The notes under the pieces: model-generated
Database searches by the model: none
What the model was told of the DNA's origin: nothing
The model's input: only the letters and a program-made list of their open reading frames with translations
NCBI GenBank assembly: GCA_965237525.1
Contig: CBDEFO010000004.1
Span: forward strand, 205,951-269,950
From: Candidatus Latescibacterota bacterium
Lineage (GTDB): Bacteria > Latescibacterota > CBDEFO01
Length of the DNA: 64,000 nucleotides
Direction of reading: 5' to 3'
Made by a program: the position numbers and the translations under genes
Part shown: piece by piece, positions 18,564 to 30,250 of the stretch
Layout of the letters: each line of letters opens with the position of its first letter
Position numbering within the stretch: the first letter of the stretch is position 1

Positions 18564-18665
18564 CTAATCAGGTGTTACATGACGTGGCACACGGGTACGG
18601 ATTACTTGTAACCAAACAAAAACGGTTCGTCAGAGAGGTATTTCTTGCATTCCGGAATCAAGCAG

Positions 18666-19684
18666 TCAGGTAGCTCTCCTCCCCATGCACACCGCTGTGT
18701 TCGGGCAGCGATGAGTGCTCCTTCGACAAGTCGAACGAAATCGGGACTGCTGCGGGGCCACACTAGCGTAGCCATCAAGAAATCCCCGTCGCATCTCAGG
18801 AGCTTGTACGTCTACGAGGCACCACCCGATGTCATCGAACTGGTGCGTCAGTGCGCACAAGTCGAAGTCAATGGGCTTGTAGCGGTCTTCCTCCTCGACG
18901 CAATTTAGAACCCTGAAGTCGCCATGGGTCAGGCCCCACGGCTCGCCTCGTGCTTGACGGTTGCGCGTGACGGCTTCGATCGTGCGCTGAAGGAGCGCCA
19001 GCTCATCTCTGCTGAGGTTATTGTCTGTACGAACTTTCCAGTGATCGCGCTCGACCTCCTCCACATCACCCATCCAGTTTATTCGGATTCGATTGAAGCT
19101 GTCCGGGCGGGGCCAGGTCCGCCCATGATTGTGGAGGCGCCCGAGAACAAATTCCAAGCTCGTGCATCGTCGCTTTCGGCAGGTTGATGGGCTCATCCTC
19201 CTTGGCTATGTCCTTTCCTTTTACCCATCGTTGGACGGTGCACACCGCCGCTGGTCCGTCGGGTCTATGGTCGAGAAGCTGGCAAATTGCGCCCGCTTCG
19301 TCCCGCGACCGGAATCTGAATCTCTAACTCAGTGTCTCGATCAAGCGCGAGAAGCCACGAACACATGGATGCAACTTGTCGGTGCACTTCGTCCAGGGGG
19401 AAGTCGTCATAGGGGAAATGCACAGTCACCAGATGCGACGGTTCCGGACCCTCCGTGACAACGGCGAGAGCGAAGTCGCTGTACCCGAAGTTTCCCATGT
19501 GCCCCGCCAGACGCAGCTGCCTAGGTTCCAAGTGACATCGCGCCAGCGCCTCATTGGAGAGTTTGCGGAGCCGGGCCTCTTGCTCCTCCCAGGGGCGACC
19601 ATTGAGGTAACAGTTCGACCCGTCTGTGAGCGGTTCAGACTGATACAAGACCTGTGTCATTGGCGAGCACTCCGTTGCGTTCAT
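18666..19684 (-). pseudogene. phosphotransferase (APH/choline-kinase-like) family protein, frameshifted
   Basis: ORF 18666..19196 contains HGDFRVLNC and IDFDLCA (catalytic loop and DFD of the protein-kinase-like phosphotransferase fold). ORF 19265..19684 gives an N-lobe. GC-rich segment. Confidence 0.4.
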
Positions 19685-19989
19685 CCACAGCCTGATTGAA
19701 GTATTGTCACATTAGAAGTCAAAAATGCCAACTGATCAGTTCCACATTTTCATCCCATGTCAGGTAACGTGTTATATCCGATCTATTTCATATATCCTTC
19801 CATTTTGGTCTAATATCCGAAGATACATTCCGTTGCGTGAAACACCAGCATTGTGTTGTCTTCCCTCACACTGAACCGATGAATCTTCTTACAGGATTCT
19901 TCAGGGCAGACTAGCGAGGAAAACCTCTAACAACAGATGTAAGGGAGGCGAACGTACGGGTCGTCCTCCAATTTATCCTCTAACCTAAG

Positions 19990-22661
19990 CTACAGAGTCA
20001 GCAGATAATCTCTGAGCGCGTCTATCTGCATGTCCACCTGCTCTTTTTTGTACTCCTTATAGATCTTTCTCATTGAAGGAGCCGCGGGGATATATCTCCT
20101 CCTTTCGCCTCTTCCTACACCTATCCAGTTATTGGGCATCTTCGTGCCTTTTTGGATGCTTTGAGGGTCTTTGAGCCACCTTGCGATCCAGTCGTGCCTG
20201 AGCCTGTCTTTTGCCATCGTTAGATCAGGCGCCAGACTACCCACATCTAGATCGAGTGTCTGTCCCTTTGTCGGATGGCAGGACTTGCACTGCAACAGTG
20301 TAAATATCTCTTTTCCGACTTTGATCTGATCTTTTGAGATCTCGCCTTGGTCCACAAACTCGAAGGGGAAATCCACATCCGCAAGTGACGCAAAATACCT
20401 GGCGATGTCCAGTCGCTTCATCCTTCGAAAGGTTGAACGTGGGCATCTTGACGTTCAACCAAGGTCTTATAGGGACCGGATTCTTGAGGAAGTTGAAGAG
20501 CCACTCGGCTTGAACCTTGTCACCTTCGCCGTTTAAGTTCGGAGGCACCAAAGCGACCGCCTCGTCCCTGCTTTTACCTTCGGCGACCATAAAGTCGGAG
20601 ATAATAGGTGCGATGTCTCCGCCTCTATTCTCAATCTTGTGACACCCCACACAGTTGTACTTCTCGACAAGCCTTCTTCCCTTTTCGATCTCCTGTTCCT
20701 TCTTTGTGAGCATCCTGGCGTGATTTGGAGACATGTTGCCTCCTCTGAAGCTCTTCAGCAGGACAGTTAAGGCCTCTACCTCATCGTCGGTAAGTTCGAA
20801 GTCAGGCATCCTGGCTACAATCCTCTCGGTGGGCGAATAGTCCTCGGATTTTTGAGCTTGTTTTTGGTCCACGCCTCCCACGTGAAGTCTATTTCCGTGA
20901 CGTCTCCGAAGTCCAACGCCTCCGCTTCCTTGTTGCTAAACTCTGTAAGTTCCACACCTATTCTAGCGGCGTTTTCAAACCCTTTTATGTTATGACATCC
21001 AAAGCAGCCGTAATTCTGTATCAGTATCCTCCCTTTTTCTATCACTTGGGGATCGTTCAAGTGCAGGATGTGGTCTCCATAATCTTGGCTCTTTGTACTC
21101 ATAAGATATGCCGTAGTAGCCTTAGCCTCCCCATCCGACAGCCTGAGGTTCGGCATCTTGGTGCTGGAATTGTAAGAGGATGGGTCCTTGACCCATGCAA
21201 AGAGCCAATCGGGATCGACCTTGTCACCCACTCTGCTCAGATCGGGAGCGTAATCAAAATCTCCGTCTAAGTATGTCCCTTTTAAGATCGGACGGCCTTT
21301 CCCCAATAAAATGACACCCGTAACAGCCCACCTGTTCCACAATTTTCTTGCCGTCATCAATCATTTTCTCTGAGTACTCGACCTTTTCAAGCTCCGCCTC
21401 TTCAGATGTATTCAAAAGATACGCCGCTACGGACTCAGCTTCGTCTCTTGAGAACTTGAAGTTCGGCATCTTTGTATGCGGAAGATAACTTTTAGGATTC
21501 TCTATCCATCTTATGAGCCATTCGGGATTTGCAGTCTTCATCTTTAGCTTTGTCAGATCTGGTCCGACCTTCTCCAGATCCTCGTAGCCCTCGATCTTAT
21601 GGCATCCGTGACAGCCCAACTCTCTCAACAGTCTGTTTCCCTTGGAAAAGTGGGGTGCACCCTCAAGGTCCACCACCTGGAAGTGACACTTTTTGCAATT
21701 TGACTCTATAAAGAAGCCTTCTGCTACCGGGTCTTTCCAGTACTCGTTATCCCTTGACAGGGCGTCCTCGTACGTCATAGCTCTTCCCTGCCCTCCGTGA
21801 CACAATACGCATCCAAATTTGTCTATTGGATGATTGCCTAAAAGAAATTCTCTATTGGGATGAGCAGTATGAGGCTGAGGGAACTTCTGGACATCTGCAA
21901 ACTCCGGTTCGTCTATTCCAAGATGGCAGGAACTGCACCTGTCCACCATATCTATGTCCCTCAATCACCAACTGCTCTATCTTGGGGATCTTGCGCGCTA
22001 CGGCCTCCAATTTGAACTTATATTTATTCGCATCCGCTTTCAGTTCATCTATTTTTTTGGTCAGTTCCACAATCTCCTTTTCAACCTCATCCAAGTTAGC
22101 CAGTGCTTCATCTCTTTTTTCTTGAGCCTCGTCTATTTTCGGGAGGAACGAATTGGCAAACTTTTCCAGCTTATCCACTTCCGCCTTCTCCCCGGAAGCA
22201 TCCGATCCCCGATGCAGAGCGTGTTTATAGAGGTAAAAGGCTGCGTCTAATTCGCTCTTTGCGAACTGATACTTCTGGGTTACATCCTCAAGAGCGATCT
22301 CTTTATCTCTCAGATCTTGGCTGGCTTTTTTATATTCTTCGTTCTTTTCCAGATTCTTCTTTGCCTCCTCCAACTTCGCCGTCAGTTCCCTCTCCTCCTC
22401 GGGCATAGCCTTCAGTGCCTCTTCATACTCAGCCTTGGTCACTTCGTGCTCGTATTTGAAGAACTCCTCCTGAACCTTTTTCCAGGGTCGTCTGGTTATC
22501 GCCTCGTCGTATATAGTCCAGACCGTCACTAAGAGCATCACCATGATGGTCACAAGAAAGACGACACTGTAGGACTTGTCCTCCACCTTGAGTGTGTTAG
22601 ACTCTTCCTCCTGTGTTTCTTCTTCTTTCTTATTTTCCTGGTTTTCTTGATCTGACGCCAT
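19990..22661 (-). CDS. membrane-anchored multi-heme cytochrome c (N-terminal TM + coiled coil, at least 8 class-I heme domains), broken by about 4 frameshifts
   Basis: ORFs 21852..22661 (TM + coiled coil), 21254..21964 (CSSCH, CVLCH, CKKCH, CHGCH, CYGCH), 20815..21360 (CFGCH), 20237..20881 (CVGCH) and 19990..20421 (CKSCH) overlap in different frames. Repeated GPDL..W..W..NP..KMPN module. Shifts coincide with GGGGAAA or TTTTT runs. Confidence 0.6.
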
Positions 22662-22886
22662 GCTGTACCTTTCTAAAGAGTGGATAACCCGTTAAAAGGA
22701 CAGTTGTTACACGCTATGTTTTCCCTGAGACACTCTGGCTTGCATCTTCCCCGTTATCTTTCCTGAAGTACCCATGTTAGACACCCAGACGTCGAGCCAA
22801 CAGGCGCCCACCATCGTACCCAAGACCGCTAAAGTGACCGCTGCACTCAGGCGGCGGACCAAGTTCACGTCTGTCGCAAGATGCCT

Positions 22887-23183
22887 TCACTCTACATTTG
22901 CGATCTCAGCCTGTAATCTTAAGGCGTAGGTGGTGGCTGTGGATGGGGCGACGTACCACTTGCCTTTGTAGAGCAAATAAGATAACGCAAAACCCACGGC
23001 GACGCCCAAGATATTCAATATGACTAACCACTTGAATGCGTAGTCGTAAGGGGCGGTTCTATATTCTGTGAGGTGACAAGAAGTAAAGACATGAACGGGG
23101 AGAATTAAGAAGAGGTATATATATGAGGCGTTTCGGTATTTCCTTATGTGATTTGATAAGGGTGCTGTTGTTGATATATCCAC
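22887..23183 (-). CDS. small membrane protein (possible bc-complex accessory subunit)
   Basis: 98 aa, 2 TM, between cytochrome b and the multi-heme c gene. Confidence 0.35.
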   Translation of the reverse strand: MDISTTAPLSNHIRKYRNASYIYLFLILPVHVFTSCHLTEYRTAPYDYAFKWLVILNILGVAVGFALSYLLYKGKWYVAPSTATTYALRLQAEIANVE

Positions 23184-23264
23184 GATTTTGCCTTTGGAAT
23201 CACTGATAGCCCTAAACCCTTCTTCCCCTGATAAGAGGATAAGAGCAGGAGAGATGACAGGTCG

Positions 23265-24983
23265 CTATATGTTAAACCATGGAGTCACCCATACATATTT
23301 TATATTGAAGGCTATTCTCAGGAACATCTTTATAGGCAACGCCATCATACTCAGGAACAAAAAGGCGGTCACCGCGTACTTGATCGGATAGTTCTTGAGG
23401 TATGCGCTTTTATTTTTTCTGACAAAGTAATAGATGACCCCAAAAAAGTAATAACCTCCTACAACTATGGCACCGAAAATAGAGGCCATAAAGTTGTCCC
23501 TTATACCCAGGGCATAAGTCAGGTTCACGTTTGTCAGGGCTACCACTTTGTGGGGGTCCCATCTTTCCCAGGGGAAGAAAAAGTTCCATCCAGGTCCCCT
23601 CAGAAACGTCCCCATCATTATGAGGAACACCCATAGGACTATAAAGCCAAAACAGAACATGGTTATGGCGAACTTTCTCTCTTTGAACGTATAGTATCCC
23701 TGTCCCAACTTGTTCGTATCTACATAAGGAATAGCCATCAACCCTATAACGATCAGAGTCGGAAGTACGACGCCGGCTATCCATGGATCGAAATAGACGA
23801 GCATCTCCTGAAGCCCCAAAAAGTACCAGGGTGCCTTGGAAGGATTGGGTGTCTTGGAAGAATTAGCTATATCCTCCAAAGGAGCATCTATCCCAATTGA
23901 CCACACTGTAAGCAGGATCATACCCATCAAAAGACACAGAAACTCCGATCTCGTCAGATAGGGCCACACCAACACCTTGTCGTTCTCCACCTCCTCGGCG
24001 GACTTCTTTCCCTGTGCCTTCCGCCTGTCATTTTTTACCGCCTGCCTCATAGCTATATAAAGGCAGAAAAAGACCAATAGTAACATCCCGGCGATGGGTA
24101 TATTATCCGGTTTGCTCAATATTTTTATGAGGTTTTCCATATTATTACTGCCTGAAAACTCATGCGATGTGGAGTGGTTAGGTACCTTTGCTTTTCTAAA
24201 TTGGACCCGAGATTCCCCGTCCTTCCTTATCCTCCAGAAGTGGACAGCCATAAGTATGCTCGCCACAAGGGGGATAAAAATGCAGTGGAGAACATAGAAC
24301 CTCAAGAGCGTAGGGGGCCCGACCACAGTCCCACCCAGAAGGACGAATCTCACGTCGTTGTCTGGTTTCATTCCCAGATACTCGGAGAACGGGCCTTCGT
24401 GCCCCAGAAGAGGAGTCGCTCGCGCCATGTTCGTCCCGACTGTCACAGCCCATATTGAAAGCTGATCCCACGGCAGAAGATAACCGGTGAAGCTCAAAAG
24501 GAGCGTGAGCACCAGAAGAATGACGCCCACTGCCCAGTTGAACTCCCTTGGGGGTTTGTACGACCCCGTCAGAAAGACCCTGAACATGTGAAGCCAGACG
24601 GCGATCACCATCCCGTGAGCTGCCCAGCGGTGCATATTTCTCAGCATCATTCCGAACGGAACGTCGAACTGGAGGTATTTCATGTCGGAGTAGGCGTCAG
24701 CGGTCGGCCGGTAGTAGAACATCAAAAAGATACCTGTGACCACGGTCACAAGGAACATCAAAAACGTTATTCCGCCCATGCACCAGGTGAATCTTATCCT
24801 GAGAGCGTGTCTGGGGAGCTTGATGGGATGCAGGTGAAGAAAGACGTTGTCCAGTATCTGCAGCAACCTGTTGCGAGGTGTATCCTTATAGTCGTGTCTG
24901 AACGCTGATGTCCATATCTGCGACTTGGTTATTTTGTCCTTAAGCTGTTTGACGTTCAACATTTCCTCCTTATGATTGTGCAA
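23265..24983 (-). CDS. cytochrome b (long form, b6 + subunit IV fused) of a bc-type complex
   Basis: 572 aa, at least 8 TM. Cytochrome b signatures ([31 protein letters not shown], His ligands). Confidence 0.85.
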   Translation of the reverse strand: MHNHKEEMLNVKQLKDKITKSQIWTSAFRHDYKDTPRNRLLQILDNVFLHLHPIKLPRHALRIRFTWCMGGITFLMFLVTVVTGIFLMFYYRPTADAYSDMKYLQFDVPFGMMLRNMHRWAAHGMVIAVWLHMFRVFLTGSYKPPREFNWAVGVILLVLTLLLSFTGYLLPWDQLSIWAVTVGTNMARATPLLGHEGPFSEYLGMKPDNDVRFVLLGGTVVGPPTLLRFYVLHCIFIPLVASILMAVHFWRIRKDGESRVQFRKAKVPNHSTSHEFSGSNNMENLIKILSKPDNIPIAGMLLLVFFCLYIAMRQAVKNDRRKAQGKKSAEEVENDKVLVWPYLTRSEFLCLLMGMILLTVWSIGIDAPLEDIANSSKTPNPSKAPWYFLGLQEMLVYFDPWIAGVVLPTLIVIGLMAIPYVDTNKLGQGYYTFKERKFAITMFCFGFIVLWVFLIMMGTFLRGPGWNFFFPWERWDPHKVVALTNVNLTYALGIRDNFMASIFGAIVVGGYYFFGVIYYFVRKNKSAYLKNYPIKYAVTAFLFLSMMALPIKMFLRIAFNIKYVWVTPWFNI

Positions 24984-25109
24984 AGATACTCAAAGTTCCC
25001 TTTAGCGTCTAAATCAGAGCAATAAAAGATAACAACTACTATATCTCTTGTCAAGCCTCTTAGCCAAAATTTTTTTGGAAAATTTTCTGGAATAATGAAT
25101 TGACTTTAG

Positions 25110-26629
25110 AAGCCTTGTGAAAAACCCTTAGATTCAGAAAGTAGTATAGAACAAGCATTGATAAAGCAGCTCCGATGTATTATATTATGTTATTGATAAT
25201 ATTATACATGGAGGAAACAATGACCCCACAAAAGCAGGAACAGACAAATCCGGTGTTTCACTATTTTCAGATGGAGGATTTAGTTCCCGAGGATCATATC
25301 CTTCGTCAGATTGATGAGGCAGTTGATTTTTCATTTGTACGAGACGTTGTATCAGATTGTTATTGCCCTGACAATGGCAGACCCGGTATTGATCCTGAAT
25401 TAGTTGTTCGAATGATCCTTATTGGCTATCTGTATAATTTGAGTGAGAATCGGCTCTGTCAGGAAGTGGGGATGCATGCGGCATATCGGTTGTTTTGTCA
25501 TCAGACATTTGATGATGCGGTTCCGGATAGGAGCACGATCAACAAGCTTCGCAATCACAAGTGGGCATCCAGTGGGTTGTTTGAACGGATAATGCGTCAG
25601 GTAGTCCAGTGTTGTATAGATGTCGGTGTTGTGAGCGGTAAACACCTTAGTGTCGACGGCACTCAGATACAAGCTGATGCTTCAGTGAAAAGTATTGAGC
25701 CGATAGAACCCCCTTTTTCTCTTGATGATTATCTCAAGGGAATCGGTTTTGAAGGTGATAAGACAAAGGGTAGGTCCCGGGCATCCTCAGGATAAAGACT
25801 TTCATGGTGAAAAGTGGACGAACCAAACACACCGTTCGACTACAGACCCCGACGCGCGCTTATACAGCAAATCGAAGGGCAAAGGGGCTTTTCTCTCGTT
25901 TATGGGCCATGATCTGATCGACACAAAAAGCAGAGTAATCCTTGAGACTCAGGGCACGCAGGCGACAGGGACAGCAGAGCCCGAAAGTGCCCTTAAGATG
26001 GTAGATGACCTTGAAACATACACCATGCCCAAAGACATTCAGACACTTAGTGCCGATACCGGTTACGGTTCTGGTAATTTTATCGCTGATGTACTTGACC
26101 GGGGAATCATACCCCATATTCCTCTGCGAGCCGATGAGAAGATTGAACCGATTCCTACATGGAAAAACAAGACAAATTCAGCACATATTCAGGCCGAACG
26201 GGATAGAAAAGTGCGAGAGGCGAAAGCCAGAAATCATGCACGGTCTATCTCATTAACAGCTGACTACAAACTCTCCCGGAGACTCCGTAAACGCAGTGAA
26301 CATATCTTTGCTGAAGCCAGGCAACAACACGGTATGGGACGAGCCCGTTACAGAGAACTAGCCTCACTGAATGAACAGTTGAATCTTGTTGCAACAGTAC
26401 AGAATCTCAAGAGGCTTGTATCTTTCATAAGAAGGGGGAAAGCGTCTATGTGTGCCCTGTCTGTCAAAGACAGTGCATCCTGTTCTTCAAACAGCTCCTA
26501 TTCCTTGCTGACCAGAACTCTGATAAGACTATTTTGCTTATTCCACAGCAAAACGATACGATATGCTACTCTTTGACCCATAATCGGCGCTTCAGACGCT
26601 GCCTGGGACATAACTATTTCACAAGGCTT
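25110..26629 (+). mobile_element. IS copy A (1520 bp; IS5/IS1182-like DUF772+DDE transposase, +1 frameshift), TSD TTAG
   Basis: Terminal IR AAGCCTTGTGAAA / TTTCACAAGGCTT. Flanking 4 bp direct repeat ttag (25106..25109 and 26630..26633). Transposase split into ORFs 25175..25795 and 25722..26576 by an extra C near 25780. Confidence 0.85.
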
Positions 26630-27149
26630 TTAGTGAATAGATCTTCCTTAGTCTCTATGTCATTTTTCTTTGCAATGAGCAAAGTGGCTGGCAAATCCGT
26701 GGTCAGCGTAGTACCTTGCATTTTCAAATAGTTCATCACCTCTCTATACAAGTTTATGACCTTTAGCTCGGAGTATTGTTCTTCCGCCAGATTTACCATC
26801 TTTTCCCTGGCCGACCCTGACAAAACCCAAGCGACCTTCTCTAAACCTACGGGAATGTTTCTGTTTTTTTCCAGCTCAAGCCACTTTACCATTTCATCCA
26901 AAATAGCCTCATAGTCCTCATGCACTTCAACTTCACCTGAACTGTCAAAGGAAGTGTTCCATTTGTTAGCCTTAGCGTAGAGTCGAGCTAGAACTGTTCC
27001 CATAGAGTCTTCCCCAGCACAGACCAATAACTTAATACTTTTCTCGGGGCCGGCCGACTTAAAAAAGAGGCCGATTTTCCCCACATCTTGCGAGAGTCTG
27101 AATATGGACCCTATGATCTTATACTTTTCCTCTTCCTTCTCCTCTCTAA

Positions 27150-28668
27150 AAGCCTTGTGAAAAACCCTTAGATTCAGAAAGCAGTATAGAACAAGCATTG
27201 ATAAAGCAGCTCCGATGTATTATATTATGTTATTGATAATATTATACATGGAGGAAACAATGACCCCACAAAAGCAGGAACAGACAAATCCGATGTTTCA
27301 CTATTTTCAGATGGAGGATTTAGTTCCCGAGGATCATATCCTTCGTCAGATTGATGAGGCAGTTGATTTTTCATTTGTACGAGACGTTGTATCAGATTGT
27401 TATTGCCCTGACAATGGCAGACCCGGTATTGATCCTGAATTAGTTGTTCGAATGATCCTTATTGGCTATCTGTATAATTTGAGTGAGAATCGGCTCTGTC
27501 AGGAAGTGGGGATGCATGCGGCATATCGGTTGTTTTGTCATCAGACATTTGATGATGCGGTTCCGGATAGGAGCACGATCAACAAGCTTCGCAATCACAA
27601 GTGGGCATCCAGTGGGTTGTTTGAACGGATAATGCGTCAGGTAGGCCAGTGTTGCATAGATGTCGGTCTTGTGAGCGGTAAACACCTTAGTGTCGACGGC
27701 ACTCAGATACAAGCTGATGCTTCAGTGAAAAGTATTGAGCCGATAGAACCCCCTGTTTCTCTTGATGATTATCTCAAGGGAATCGGTTTTGAAGGTGATA
27801 AGACAAAGGGTAGGTCCGGGCATCCTCAGGATAAAGACTTTCATGGTGAAAAGTGGACGAACCAAACACACCGTTCGACTACAGACCCCGACGCGCGCTT
27901 ATACAGCAAATCGAAGGGCAAAGGGGCTTTTCTCTCGTTTATGGGCCATGATCTGATCGACACAAAAAGCAGAGTAATCCTTGAGACTCAGGGCACGCAG
28001 GCGACAGGGACAGCAGAGCCCGAAAGTGCCCTTAAGATGGTAGATGACCTTGAAACATAGACCATGCCCAAAGACATTCAGACACTTAGTGCCGATACCG
28101 GTTACGGTTCTGGTAATTTTATCGCTGATGTACTTGACCGGGGAATCATACCCCATATTCCTCTGCGAGCCGATGAGAAGATTGAACCGATTCCTACATG
28201 GAAAAACAAGACAAATTCAGCACATATTCAGGCCGAACGGGATAGAAAAGTGCGAGAGGCGAAAGCCAGAAATCATGCACGGTCTATCTCATTAACAGCT
28301 GACTACAAACTCTCCCGGAGACTCCGTAAACGCAGTGAACATATCTTTGCTGAAGCCAGGCAACAACACGGTATGGGACGAGCCCGTTATAGAGGACCAG
28401 CCTCACTGAATGAACAGTTGAATCTTGTTGCAACAGTACAGAATCTCAAGAGGCTTGTATCTTTCATAAGAAGGGGGAAAGCGTCTATGTGTGCCCTGTC
28501 TGTCAAAGACAGTGCATCCTGTTCTTCAAACAGCTCCTGTTCCTTGCTGACCAGAACTCTGATAAGACTATTTTGCTTATTCCACAGCAAAACGATACGA
28601 TATGCTTCTCTTTGACCCATAATCGGCGCTTCAGACGCTGCCTGGGACATAACTATTTCACAAGGCTT
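27150..28668 (+). mobile_element. IS copy B (1519 bp), transposase with TAC>TAG nonsense, TSD CTAA
   Basis: Same IRs. TSD ctaa (27146..27149 and 28669..28672). Transposase ORF 27215..28060 stops at ...DDLET* where the intact copies read ...DDLETYTMPKD. Confidence 0.85.
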
Positions 28669-29419
28669 CTAAGTATACTTGGAGCCAAGAAGATAGGAAG
28701 CTCTGCTATGAGAGGAACATCGTCCTTAGCGAGCTCTTTTTTTATTTGGCCAAGATCAATGGCTATAGGCTCGGCTGTGAGCCTGATATCTTGTTTAAGA
28801 GACACAATTAAGGACTTGTACTCCTCCTTTAAGACCTTCAGATAGAGGAATTTTAATTCCTGGTTATTCATCATTATTGCTCCTTTAACCTGTCTTTAAC
28901 CTGTGGTCCCCTCTATAACTACTTTGGGTGTTACTGCTTCTCTATAATAAAGTATGACAAGCTTGTCTGCAAGCATTATTTAATGGTTAAAGAAATAGTA
29001 AGGTCTGGAAGGTGATTAAGAGATTAGAGCTATCTCAGGCTGTTAATCTTAATCAGAAAAGTACCCTGAGGAATATTCCTCCTAAGAATAACTAAGCTTC
29101 TATTTTTAATGTTCTTGTGCTTATTCATCATTTACAAACCTCTTGCTCTTAGATATCTTTTAGTTACGTAACTTTTCGTTATCCCATAGCACAACGGTGG
29201 TTGGCTGGTGTCTCTGCTGTAAGATCGTTCTGGCAAATGCCGGTCCCGGGGAACAGCCCGAACTGGATGATGGACTGTGTCGAGAAGATGTGCCGGAGAA
29301 CTTGGGCGAGGAATAAAGGGGATAAAAAAAGGTCGAAATATAATCCCTAATGAATGTGATATGGGGAATGTCGGTTTCTAACTAAAACGGTGAAGTTGAA
29401 TGAAAGGAGGTTGAAAAAG

Positions 29420-30232
29420 ATGAGTCTGTTCAGGGATGTAATACGAAGCATACATGGCTTCCTGTCTGATTCAGAATCAGAAGAGAAGCCAAAAGCCAAA
29501 CCTCGTATTCAAGAGCTTGCTACCCAGAGGGTTCAAGCCCTGCAAGGGAGATGGGAGGTTGTTGAGGCTCAGGTAAAGTTGGCGGCCCAAACACGTCAAG
29601 AGCTCAAAAAGCTCGTGGCAGAAGCCAAAGCCGTAGAAACGATTGGCATAAGAGCAATGGCTGCCAACAACAACAAGAAAGCGGAAGCTGCCCAGGCACG
29701 GTATGTAATTTTGCAGGAAACTATCCAGCAGATGACTACTCAAGCTCAGACTGCTGATCAAGAAGCCCAAGAGGCGTTGGTAAGCTTTAAGACGGAAGCC
29801 AATGCCGCCAGGAGATCAGTCTCAGAAGCCAAAGCCCTGGCTCAACTTGAGCACGTGCTAGAGCTTCAAAAGAAGCATCGGGCACTCGAAATAACACAGT
29901 CAACAGCGGCTGATGAGTTCGAAGAGGCCAAAGACCAGCTTCTTTTGGAGACATCAGTTCAGGCTGCTACCCAGAATATTCAGAAAGGAGAAGATGAACT
30001 GGCTGGGGAGATAGCGGCCGAATTACAAGATTTCAAGGCTCAACAGATCGGAGAAGAGTGGAGAAAGAGACTGGCTGAGGCGAATGGTAAAGTCGATGCT
30101 GAATTTGAGATTATAAGCAGCGATGCCAGTGAAGAGGCCATCCAATTTCTGGATCGACCTGTTTTGGGGGGCTTACTTGGTCATCAGGCCACTACTCCTG
30201 AAGACGAAGATTCAGAGGGTTCAAATGAGTAG
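29420..30232 (+). CDS. PspA/IM30 (Vipp1) family membrane-stress protein
   Basis: MSLFRDVIRS... N-terminal amphipathic helix. Long coiled coils (QELATQRVQALQ...). Acidic C-terminus. SD AGGAGG 7 nt upstream of ATG 29420. Confidence 0.7.
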   Translation: MSLFRDVIRSIHGFLSDSESEEKPKAKPRIQELATQRVQALQGRWEVVEAQVKLAAQTRQELKKLVAEAKAVETIGIRAMAANNNKKAEAAQARYVILQETIQQMTTQAQTADQEAQEALVSFKTEANAARRSVSEAKALAQLEHVLELQKKHRALEITQSTAADEFEEAKDQLLLETSVQAATQNIQKGEDELAGEIAAELQDFKAQQIGEEWRKRLAEANGKVDAEFEIISSDASEEAIQFLDRPVLGGLLGHQATTPEDEDSEGSNE

Positions 30233-30250
30233 GCAGCAGAAGGAAAGGGG

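Larger units (their letters stand above)
25060..28874 (-). pseudogene. hypothetical gene (about 255 aa) split into three in-frame pieces by IS copies A and B
   Basis: Pieces are 28669..28874 (N-terminal, MMNNQELKF...), 26630..27149 (middle) and 25060..25109 (C-terminal, ...KVNSLFQKIFQKNFG*). Removing each IS and one copy of its TSD restores one continuous frame. Each piece now terminates in IS-encoded KSLVK*. Confidence 0.7.

Noticed and set aside
21960-21964. Possible programmed ribosomal frameshift joining the TM/coiled-coil ORF to the heme domains
   Set aside because: There is no slippery heptamer or downstream pseudoknot at the junction. The same gene has three further frame breaks at homopolymers, so sequencing error is the simpler explanation.
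24984-25109. Rieske iron-sulfur protein gene expected upstream of cytochrome b
   Set aside because: No ORF with CxH...CxxH motifs exists here. The space is occupied by the C-terminal remnant of the IS-disrupted unknown gene. This is reported as an absence, not a feature.
26450-26731. ORFs MCPVCQRQCILFFKQ... (plus 47584..47886, 55591..55785, 60350..60544, 28489..28845) and MSQAASEAPIMGQR... found in every IS copy
   Set aside because: They are antisense to the 3' end of the transposase gene and exist only because the IS sequence is repeated. They have no independent start/RBS context and no domain. They are most likely non-coding.
29230-29260. Sigma54-type promoter (TGGC-N-TGC) upstream of pspA
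   Set aside because: GG and GC elements are present (TGGCTGGTGTCTCTGCTG), but the spacing is 11, not 10, and no EBP/PspF gene is nearby. This is too weak to call.
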